A stretch of 64,000 nt of DNA, taken from positions 2,790,001-2,854,000 of the forward strand of contig OX337232.1 in NCBI GenBank assembly GCA_946965045.2, read 5' to 3'. Each line of letters starts with the position of its first letter. The stretch's first letter is position 1. The stretch is from Epithemia pelagica. Its lineage: Eukaryota > Protista > Bacillariophyta. This document shows positions 21,355-31,400 of this stretch, one piece after another. Under the pieces are notes generated by a model. That model was given only the letters and a program-made list of their open reading frames with translations. It had not been told where the DNA came from and did not search any database. The position numbers were made by a program, and so were the translations under genes.

Positions 21355-21903
21355 TTAGGCTGCTCGCGCACCATGTACACCATGCACCGAAGCAGTAATA
21401 TGAATGCACTTGAGCAGCTGCCCTTGATTCCGTGAACCGAGCTCGGTTTGCTGATGCCGCAGACATGCCATGACATTCTTGTCGAGCAATCGATTTCTCC
21501 AATGCGCCACCTTTGGCAAATTGCCAAGTTCCAAGAAGAGGGCACAAAGATTGGAACAGATGGCCAGAATGAGTGTTGCGATGGAATCGCTGGCTTTTTC
21601 CAGGGACATTTGCGTGAGAATTTCAAACGACAACTCGTAGTACTGAGCAGCTCGAAAGAGCTCACGCTCTGGGAGAAGCTTGTTCATGCATGCCAAGTGT
21701 CGTTGAAGTGCAAGGTTGAATAGACAGACAGCAAGACAAGGGGGTGCCGACTCGATATTCTCCTCTTTGTGTCCGACGCAAGTGCTTGGGGAGATGACGA
21801 AAAAATTCTGAAAAATGTCTTGACAAGGGCACCCATATCCAACAGGTACCAAGTCCACTGATATGGAGACAGGCCGTACGGTGGAGAAGCCCCAATTGAG
21901 CAA
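21355..21903 (-). CDS. Helical diatom-family hypothetical protein (5' end uncertain)
   Basis: Pattern LFNLALQRH...AAQYYELS...LAICSNL...C-terminal GARAA, recalled as typical of an expanded diatom TPR-like family. The ORF track starts at TTG. Confidence 0.55.
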   Translation of the reverse strand: MLNWGFSTVRPVSISVDLVPVGYGCPCQDIFQNFFVISPSTCVGHKEENIESAPPCLAVCLFNLALQRHLACMNKLLPERELFRAAQYYELSFEILTQMSLEKASDSIATLILAICSNLCALFLELGNLPKVAHWRNRLLDKNVMACLRHQQTELGSRNQGQLLKCIHITASVHGVHGARAA

Positions 21904-22492
21904 TCGGGTGCCACCATGTGTGAAAGAACACGACCCAGAAAAGACTCAGAAAGGAGGACAACTCAGAAAGGTAGAAACGGATCTTCATGCCTGCGTGGAT
22001 CTTACCACATTCGTTGTATCGGAACACGCACTTCCTTTTCCAACTGCTCGTCTGTGTTGGTCTGCTCTAACGGAACGGAGGAGATCCATGGTTGTCAGAG
22101 TGACCACTGTCGGGTCCGTGCGACATGCTTCTTCTTTCTTTTTCCTAATACGGTATTTCTCTCCGAATTTTGCAGCAATTGACTTCACGTGATCTCGTTC
22201 AGGTTCATGGCGATGACATGGGACGTGACAGTATGGGCAAAACAATTTCGCTGATACGCGTTAGGGTTAACGCTGGCTTGAATATACAACAGCCAAGGCA
22301 TGATTCCTTTTATTGTAGGCCATGGCAAATCCACCTCACCAAGGCCATCACATCGAACAGGTAGGTAATGGGTATGGTGATTCCATGGGCCGGCGACTGG
22401 TCATTCTCTTTTCCCAGGTCCATCATCTTCTTGTTCCCGTTGACGTCCAATAAATAAACTCGTAGGTAGTCCACAGGATCGTCCTTTTGGTT

Positions 22493-24262
22493 TCACTGCG
22501 CATGTCCCGTTGCGTCCACGTGTCGCGACAAGTCTTGACTGAGCCGGAACCGTTTGCGACACACGCGACATTGCCATTCCTTGGTTTCCTCCTGTTCCAA
22601 TGACTCGGTGGTATGACAGGAAGTGCTGCCGCCATAACGATTGTACAATTGCCGATCCATGGTAAAGAACCCTTGCAATCCGGGACACTGAATCAATTGA
22701 AACAAGCGGTCAATGTTGTGATTGGTAGAGACAGGTGGACCTTGAATCCAAGACGCGATTTCTCCCCCCGAACCTGTGTAGCTAGTGTTCTCGTTGGTCA
22801 AGGTGGCTTGTTGACAAAAACGAAGCAAGAACCTCACCCAAGCTTCGGCTTGAATCAATTCTTGTACTCCACCATGTTGTCGAAACTCAATGGTATCCGG
22901 TCGATTGGGTTGTATTAGATTCGTTAAATTCAATTTGTAGTATCGATCCGGACTGACCATGTGAACCAATTGCCGAATACTCGTCGTTTCTTGAATGGCT
23001 TCGTAAATTTGACGCGGTGACTTGGTTCCAAAGGCTAACAAATTGGATTGACAGTATCGGTTGTAATTGGCCGTACGACGATATCGCCGCCGTGGTGGAG
23101 GTGATGATGATGGGGATGACGAAGTGGCCGACCCCGCGACAATGGCATCAAAGGCTGTTTCCAACAAGACAAAGTATTGTGCTAATCGTTTCAAGTTGGA
23201 AACTTCTCCCAGTACCAGAGATGGTGCAGTGCTGCTGTCACCATTAATGGCGTCTGTGGATGATGCGTCTGTTGTTGTTGTTGTTGGTCCTGGTGTTGCC
23301 TTTGCAGCATTCACATGGACATGAAAGCCACACGATTCATGAATGGAAATGCCCAACGTACGAACGCTTTCAAAGGCATGTCGCATCGCCTCGAGGCCCT
23401 TTTGGCCACATAAAATAGGGGAAACCAATTCCACACACAAATCGTCGGTAGGGTTGGATGAGGACAAACTGGCATCGGTGACTACCTTCCATTCTCGTGT
23501 CGTTTCGTGCGTATAACCCTGATAAATGGTGGGAACTCCTCCTCGCTGCGTCATTTGTTGCGCCACCCATTCACAGGAATACCCATCTCGTTGTCCATTG
23601 GGAATAATGAGTTCCAATTCGACACCAAACGAAAGATCTGGCACAATCGGACAAAAGGCCAGAACATGACTTGGTGGTTCGGAGCGACACGCTTGACACT
23701 TGTAGTGATAGGGAGGATTGCGATAGGTACAGGCGGGACATTCCCACGATCCTTCCCAGCGTTCTTGTCCCTGCCGGTGTTGTCTTTCTTCCAATACGAC
23801 GGCCGCTTGGGCCGCTTGCAGTTCCTGTTCTTCCGTTTGGACCGCCACTTCGGTCCACTGGAGGTCCATGGCGAACTCCGAATCTTCTTCCTCCAGTTGC
23901 TCTCGGTGCAATTTAGAACGAGAAGCCTCCAAGGCTTCGTTCAATTCTCGCTCTTCTTTATAACGTTCCAAAATAGCAGCTGCCTGTTTTCGTCCTTCTT
24001 CTTGCTGTTGTTCGAGTAACGACTGCTTTTGTGCCAACCGTAACAGTGCATCATCATCGCCGTCATGGTCAGCAGCCGCACTCGAGATCATCATGGACTG
24101 TTCTTTTGCCAACCGTAATGCTTCATCCTCCTCCTCATCATCATCAGGGAATGGTGGGGATTGGTACCCATTAGGTACCTGGGCAGCCGCCGCGGATTCG
24201 TGGAGCGCAATTTGAAGTTCCCAATCCCCATCTTCCTCATGGTCCAAGGCCACCGTCGCCAT
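22493..24262 (-). CDS. Putative amidoligase (COOH-NH2 ligase type 2) fused to UIM-like repeats, an NZF/RanBP2 zinc finger and a C2H2 finger
   Basis: Amidoligase_2 motifs FGVELE, WKVVTDASL, ELVSPIL, SCGFHVHV, RYYKLNL and TIEFRQH. NZF WECPACTYRN..CQAC. UIM-like EEDEALRLAKEQS, DDALLRLAQKQS, ERELNEALEAS and DWELQIALHES. C-terminal CRVC..F.....L..H....H. Confidence 0.85.
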   Translation of the reverse strand: MATVALDHEEDGDWELQIALHESAAAAQVPNGYQSPPFPDDDEEEDEALRLAKEQSMMISSAAADHDGDDDALLRLAQKQSLLEQQQEEGRKQAAAILERYKEERELNEALEASRSKLHREQLEEEDSEFAMDLQWTEVAVQTEEQELQAAQAAVVLEERQHRQGQERWEGSWECPACTYRNPPYHYKCQACRSEPPSHVLAFCPIVPDLSFGVELELIIPNGQRDGYSCEWVAQQMTQRGGVPTIYQGYTHETTREWKVVTDASLSSSNPTDDLCVELVSPILCGQKGLEAMRHAFESVRTLGISIHESCGFHVHVNAAKATPGPTTTTTDASSTDAINGDSSTAPSLVLGEVSNLKRLAQYFVLLETAFDAIVAGSATSSSPSSSPPPRRRYRRTANYNRYCQSNLLAFGTKSPRQIYEAIQETTSIRQLVHMVSPDRYYKLNLTNLIQPNRPDTIEFRQHGGVQELIQAEAWVRFLLRFCQQATLTNENTSYTGSGGEIASWIQGPPVSTNHNIDRLFQLIQCPGLQGFFTMDRQLYNRYGGSTSCHTTESLEQEETKEWQCRVCRKRFRLSQDLSRHVDATGHAQ

Positions 24263-24518
24263 GGTCGTCGCGTTGGTGCGGGAGCAAGTTTGAGAGCGCG
24301 CGAGGCGCTTTGTCACGCATGTAGTCGCGGTTAGTGGTCGGTCGCTTTTGCCCGCAAGCGACCCACCATGGCGGCCGTGCTTCGTCCGCGTATTGCGAGA
24401 AAGGGAAAGAAACCACGCCGTGTTCTTGCTTGTTGTGAACCACTAAGGCACCGTTGTGTTGGTAATCCGTATCTCTCATTGTTGTCTGTATCACGCGTAA
24501 ACAATTTTCTCGTAAACC

Positions 24519-25614
24519 ATGTCGCATCGTCGAAGAGGAGTGGGCGTGGCTCGGTCCATGGCAACCAAAAAGTAAGTCCGTTGCGGCGTTGTGTTTGCTG
24601 TCTCCAGCACCTGGATGTCCGTTGCATTGCATTCGTGTAGAGGGATGATGACGATCCAATCAGGAGCAGAAGGGACCCATGAAAGCTGTCAACGGCATTT
24701 GATTTGCCTTTGGTTGTTGTTCTCCCATTCTCTCACTCATTGCCCTTTTGTCAATGTCAATGATACTGCTCCACACCCCTACCAGAAAAGCCCAGCAAAA
24801 GGCGGACGAAATGAAGGCCATATCCTTACAAAGTGCTTTGGATACCGTTGAATTGTTGGAAGTGAAATTATCAGACTTTGCCAAGAAACATCAATCCGAG
24901 ATCCAAAATGATCCAGTCTTTCGAGAACGGTACGTAGTTCGAGACCCTTTCACCTCGTCAAACACAGCGATGAATTCAACATTGATACCGTTGATGTACT
25001 TTCTCTATCACTTGCTATTTTACAGTTTCTTGCAAATGTGCGGTCCCTTGGGAGTGGATCCTCTGGCCTCGAAGAAATCGTTTTGGGGTCAATTGTTGGG
25101 AATGGGCGATTTTTATCATGAATTAGCCGTCAAGGTGGCCGAAGTCTGTCTGGCGGCCAAGGCACGGAATGGTGGTATCATGAGTTTGACCGAAGTCCAG
25201 ACGCTCTTGGCCAAACGGAAAACCAAATTGGGCATGGCCAAGAGTAGTAGTACACAAGTCGTGTCCAAATCGGATTTGCAAGTGGCCATTTCCAAGCTGA
25301 GTCAATTGGGAGGCGGCTTTCGGACCGTTCAAGTGGGTAAGTCCATTATGGTGATTTCGGTTCCCACGGAATTGGACAAGGATCACATGCAAATCATGAC
25401 GGCCGCCTCCGCCTTTGCCGAAACGGGCTTGACGGTAGACAATGTCATGCACACGACATATTGGTCGAGAGAACGAACGCAGCGGGCCTTGGATCTCTTG
25501 CTACAACAAGGAATGGCATGGCTGGATACCCACAAGGGAGAAGATATGTACTGGTTCCCCTCAATATGGCAAGAAAATCGTGGAGAGGATGGAGGTGGGG
25601 AACGACCGTTTTAG
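24519..25614 (+). CDS. SNF8: ESCRT-II subunit VPS22/SNF8 (EAP30), 3 exons, 261 aa
   Basis: Exons 24519-24571 (MSHRRRGVGVA...), 24786-24929 and 25026-25614 total 786 nt. Motifs FAKKH..EI..DPVFR.RFLQMC..LGVDPL.S.K.FW...LGMGDFYHELAV, NGG and LLQQGMAWLD. Confidence 0.93.
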
Positions 25615-25891
25615 TCAACGATCCTGGATGTGCTTGGCTTGTGGTACGGGATGTGGATCCGGAAATAATTTCTCTCAAAATCATTGTTCTTCTGAGGGTG
25701 GGAACGCGAAACTCGTAGTTGGTATCGCACCCACCATGGTTTGCGATCAATGGCACAAGGTCAAAGAGTCCCTTTTGGTTGTGATCTCTGTTGAGTGGCA
25801 CCCAGAATAATTCCGTACACTATTGTTGCATGGAAAAGCGCTGTTCCAACGAATCACAAAGAAAGCAATAGTTCTGCTAGGTTATGAAGAA

Positions 25892-26938
25892 TCATGAGAA
25901 CTCAAATCCCTTTGACTGTAGGAGCGTCAGTGCAACGATGATCACGAACGCATCGTATAACAAAATCATGGACGGAAGTTTCGACAATGTTGTTGTGAAC
26001 ATTGCTTCCTCCTCATCCTCGGATATAGAAGTTGCCGTTGCATCGTTACTGATGTTTGCAAGCGATTCCAATAGTTTGATCCAGTACAAGTACACGTACT
26101 CATTCATTTGTTGGACACAATAATGAATTGACGTATACCCGACAACCATAAACACAACGCTCAGAAAGTAACTGCTCCTGAAAAAGGCCAGTAGCTGTGT
26201 CAAACAGTCATGGTTTATTTGCGTGCTGTTGTGTCGTGAAAATGTGATGCATTTGTACAGGGATGGAGCGGTAAACCAATCAAAGGTTGAGGAGCACCGC
26301 AAGGCAGCCACTCCCACCACCAGGGACAGCCAGAGGGAACGTGCATAGCTCTCGGAACCCGTAATGAAATCAAAGACAAATGTCACGTACACGTTGTAGA
26401 TTCCTTCATATAGCTGCAAATACAAGAGCAAGTTCCCGAACCCATGACCCAATGTTTTGCACTCCAACCAAAACAGCGAGACGATCGAGTCATGACGGAC
26501 ACTCATTCTTGCAGTAGCAACGTCTGTAAAATCGAAATGCCTTTCCTCATTGTCCACGGCATCCCAAAAGGTATCCCCTTCTTCCTCCTGTCCCTGTGTC
26601 TTGTTATGCTTTGAGACCTTCTCGTCTTTGCATTGGTTGCGAACAGCCAAATTCTGGCTCACGTTTGTTCTCGTGCGCTCTTCTGCCCACTGATTCAATA
26701 AGGACGTCCGTTCCAACTGCCGTACGTGTCGTTCCTGGTTCCATAAATGCTGATAAATCAAATTGACAGTGGACCACGACGAATCATTTCTTGGTCGAAG
26801 AGAATTGGTGATTTGGTGCAAGGTTCGATTGCGAATGGAATACATTTGTTCCTTGGTATTCCAAAGTTGACGTAGAGCCACACCTGGTTGCCTCCGTCGT
26901 TTGGACCGTTTGTCGGTCATCAGGGTTCGAAGATCCAC
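25892..26938 (-). CDS. Hypothetical multi-pass membrane protein
   Basis: 348-aa ORF with several hydrophobic segments in the C-terminal half. Confidence 0.6.
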   Translation of the reverse strand: MDLRTLMTDKRSKRRRQPGVALRQLWNTKEQMYSIRNRTLHQITNSLRPRNDSSWSTVNLIYQHLWNQERHVRQLERTSLLNQWAEERTRTNVSQNLAVRNQCKDEKVSKHNKTQGQEEEGDTFWDAVDNEERHFDFTDVATARMSVRHDSIVSLFWLECKTLGHGFGNLLLYLQLYEGIYNVYVTFVFDFITGSESYARSLWLSLVVGVAALRCSSTFDWFTAPSLYKCITFSRHNSTQINHDCLTQLLAFFRSSYFLSVVFMVVGYTSIHYCVQQMNEYVYLYWIKLLESLANISNDATATSISEDEEEAMFTTTLSKLPSMILLYDAFVIIVALTLLQSKGFEFS

Positions 26939-27649
26939 AAGAGAGATCGATGCAATGGAAGGAATTTCTTCTTCTACACTGTATGTAGGTATGTATCGCT
27001 AGCCACTCTGCAGATGAAGAGCGCGTTCGGAGGAGATTCGCTGCCGATTCAATCCTTCTCACGTGATACTACGAGTTGTTCTGCAGTCTCATTCACGTTC
27101 ACGTTTCTTCCCTCCCACTCGGTTTGGAATGGGATCCATCATCATCTTGTTCTGGCAGACGTTGGGAGGAGACATTTTTTTGTTGATTTAGATTTAACGG
27201 GCTATGGTTTATGGAACTCCTAAGCGGTGAAACTGCAGAGGAGTGGGGCGTCCGGTCCTGGTGAGAGGAAATCATCGACAGTACCCTTCGGGATGGAACG
27301 TCTGAGTTCAACGATCACCCAAACATAAAAGGGCTCATAACCTACCACGCCAACCTGACCCACCCATACCTCCCATGACGGCTGGGGCTGGCGTCCCCAA
27401 TAAATCACAACCACCTCACCACGTCGGTCCACGTCAAAACAAGAAGTGGAAAGAGTAGATCAAAACAACCTGAAATCCACCCACTATGAGATGGGACTCT
27501 AAAGTTCCATAACAATCATGACTAGGAGAATAAATTAAATTTCAAGCGTAACATTATGCCATCCAAACCATACAGCAACACTCAAGACCCCTGTCTACCC
27601 GCTCACATGACCAAATCAATTTAACGAAAGAAACACAACAATGGATGCC

Positions 27650-28154
27650 CTGCCATCAACTTGACCATCATTTCAACATCCAAGGACAACTGCAATACCG
27701 CCGTCCAATTCTCTCCATAAATCGCTTGGATCACCGCTGCATCGTCATCTAATTCCGCACTCTATCCCGACTTTTTAAGAATCATAAAAGTTGGATCGAC
27801 CCCCAAAAACTTATACAACTCCGCTTTAACATGGCAAACCTTCCAATAACAGTTAATAATGACGGTGAACTCCCCTAATAATGCATTCGTAGCCACACGA
27901 CAAGACAGCCAATTAACCACATTTTCATGGAACGTGACCGGCCATTCGCGACCAGAAGGAATGGAACAATCATACCCACGCTCCCACTCATTCAACAGAT
28001 CAACATACAAATATGGTGTTGAGACCATTGAGCTCACGTGTGTTCCGTGGACACACTCCCTTGAACTGCCAGCGATCCGACAGACCAACCTGAACCTGAA
28101 ATTCCACTGACTTATCGCTTGTCTCAAAATCACAACTATCCAAGGACAATTCAA
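27650..28154 (-). pseudogene. Interrupted paralog of the 38576..39412 ubiquitin-like protein
   Basis: PSGREWPVTF..NWLSCRVATNALLGEFTV..AELYKFLGVDPTFMILKKSG matches the 38576 ORF. Similarity continues past an in-frame TAG at 27762-27764 (SAELDDDAAVIQAIYGENWTAVLQLSL). Confidence 0.7.
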
Positions 28155-28253
28155 TATAACGGCACATGATCTTGACTATTTAACCAACAACCCAACAGAA
28201 ATCTATCTCACTGAATTTATGAGACCAATGAAAGCCCGATTTGGCTGTCTGAT

Positions 28254-28455
28254 GACGGATGATAGAACCGGACTTCACGACTCAAATTTCTGACGGAAAT
28301 GGACTGTCAATCCAAAACCATCAATGCATGTTTGATTTGTACACAAACAATCGATTGGAACGGACAAGAAACGACGCAAGGCCGACGGATGATAGAACTG
28401 GGCCTCACGAATCAAATTTTTGACGGAAATGTACTGGTGTCAATCCAAAAACATC
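28254..28455. repeat. Two imperfect ~70-bp direct repeats just downstream of RepHel
   Basis: GACGGATGATAGAAC..TCACGA.TCAAATTT.TGACGGAAATG.ACTG..TCAATCCAAAA at ~28254 and ~28384 (130-bp spacing). Confidence 0.75.
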
Positions 28456-28465
28456 GAAAGCGGTA

Positions 28466-31400
28466 CTATCCCCTCTCCTCCTCAAACAGAACAACCTTTT
28501 CAGGTAGCTGTTTAGTCTCCCTGAACAACTCATAGAATCTCGCACACTCTTCCGAAATGCCTCTTGTTTTGTCCAAATTTAACGGCTGCCGCAAAAACAA
28601 ACCATTCAAAGTAGCACAACGAGACAAACACACATACACCCAATTATCCGTATAGTCCCATGAACTAATCACCAAATGACGCAACGACCTTCCCTGCAAT
28701 TTATGTCCTGTTCGTGCATTTGATACATTAATCGGAAACTGCTTCAGCCTCATAGTCTTCTTTATCCTCACATTCCTACCAAATTCCGGCAGAAGAAACT
28801 GAACAGTCGCTGTAACTTTTGTAGCCTCCAAATTCACTACGAAACCTTCAACACCATCTTGCATTGTCACTCTCAAACCCTGAACTTGTGACACACTGAC
28901 ACACCAAACAAAGTAGCCATCAATACATATCTTCTCCATATCACCAACTGTAACTCCTGGCATCAACACAACTTCACGGAAAGTGCACATTGCCCCATTA
29001 GCAACACACCTCTCAACATCGATATTGTCATTAATCATCAATGGACGACCATAGTAAAATTTCAACAATGGGTCGTAATGCTTATTATCTTTACTCTTAA
29101 CATGTCCTTCACCACAATACGCATATAACATGTCTTTACTGGCCGAATTAAAGTCCACATAGTCTCTTCTCGTCTTTGGCTTCTTCCAACGCAAGTCAGA
29201 CGCACGAACGCAAATCGTATGCAAAGGGGGGTCCCTTTCCGGATCCTTTGAATGTGTTTCTGCCAAATGTTTGCAAAAGATGGCATCGTTAATAGCCGCA
29301 CGATCAATGTTGGACTTTGTGGCATAATCTGCCGTAGACGGTATGTCGCTCTCACGTGGCCCCCTAGGACTACCAACAACACGTGTATTCAATGTATCCA
29401 GATCTATTGCATCAGGCCCAATATCTCTATACCTTGAAAGCAGTTCACCGTAATCTGGATCGTCGACGAATCTATGATTAGTTCGAAGCTCCATAAACGT
29501 ATGTACCCATTCATACCAATGTTCAAGATCCTTATACACAAACAAGGGGTATCCTTTCACGGGTTTCAACTGCGTAAAATCCCCAGCAAATAACACAGGA
29601 ATTCCTCCATATCGGGCAGTTGCATTTTCCTTGATCTCACGCAGTTTATGATGCAGACTTATAAGCACATCTTTGGATGCAAACGAAATTTCATCCACAA
29701 CCAACATATACGCATTTGTCCACTCCTCGACCTCTCCATCAACCTCTCGATTTATAGCACAGGCATTATGGGTTGTTTCACCATTTATACCAACAGCAGC
29801 TGCACCAGTAAGCGCGGTCACAACAATAGTCCGCTTGTCGTACTTAACACTCAAATTGCGGCACATGCTTTTGGCATATCGGACAACCGATTTTAAAACA
29901 TGGCTTTTCCCCGTACCACCTGCACCAGAAAGGAACGCGATGTATTGATGACCTCTATTCACTTTTTCCAATTCTTTTTTGCGTAAACTAAGAAACCTTG
30001 TATTCTGGTGGTTTGCCTCCAGTTCATCTTCGGAGTCGGCTGCTGCTTGTGTTCTATTTGCCTCCTTATATAATTCCAGCACAAACGCAGCTACTATTGA
30101 CTCAAAAGCTCTTTTTTGATCCACATCAGATCTAAAACACACATCCGCATACGCCCGAATATTCTCCAATGTCCCAGTTGCCTGCAGGTGACTGTTAGCA
30201 TCTACACCCATCACACGCTCACGAAAACGGACAGACAGTTCATGCAAACGTCTATAAGTGATTCTTCTTGATTCAAATACCTCCTCATCCACACTTGCAT
30301 GCTGTACAATGGTAGTACTGTCTGCTTGCTCATCAAAACTGACACGAAACACTGATGGCGACGAGTCAGGCAACTCCGGACAGACCACCAAGTTTTCACC
30401 ACATTTGTTTGTCCCACATGACCGAATAAACCTGCTATCAACTGCCAACAATCCATCAGCGTTTCTTAACAACGGCCGACTCACATCCAGGCACGAAATC
30501 AATTCATCAAAAACTGCATCCATGCCAGGGTCGATTCCTGTTTCGCACTCTTCCTCAGAATCACCTGCATCACCAACAACAAGCGATGGTTGCTCTGTCA
30601 CTCTTTCTAGAGAATCGCTCGGTCTCCCGCAATTAAGACTATTACGACAGTCTTGTATGTTTGAAAGAACCGTCAAATGCTGTTTTAAAATGATACCACC
30701 AGCCAAACCCTGCTGGAATTTCCCCAGATATCTCCCGTTCCCTGATCTAAGATCCCCTGTCTGCCGAAAGGGGTAAAAAAGAAGGCAGGCCTTCTTTGCA
30801 TAAGATTCCATGGCTGCCAAACCAGAATCAAGAACAACATCTCCCGATGCATCAACATTGTCAATTGACCGGTCCCCAAAAAATTTTGTATCAACAAAAT
30901 CCAGAAAGGAAATAAGTGGAATTTTGTCTTTCTTATTTTTTTTCAACACCAAATTACCCCGCGACGGATGCTCTGCTACCCACTCCATTCCACGGTTTTT
31001 AGAGGTCGCACGCCCAACAGAATAACTGCAGAGGAAGTCATAAAGACACACACCCTCTAAATCATGTGGCCTATATAAGTAATCAGCCACAGACGATTTC
31101 AGGAAAACCTCGCCGTCATAGGCATCACACGAAAACTTCTCAAGTTTGTCTGACTCAAAATCCCTGAGATCAACATATGCAAATTCATGCGAAAACCCAA
31201 AACGAGACTCATTCCTCAACAAAAACGCTGCCATTGGTGCACTGCATACGTGTGCCCCCGTAGAAAGCAAAACAGCACCAATTAGCCCACGCATACCGTG
31301 CAGGACTCTGTCATTATCAGTATCGGCAGTGTTATTCTCCCGATTCTCATTGTCCCCTAAATCGTTGCTTAAATACGTCTTCATTTTACAAACCATATGC

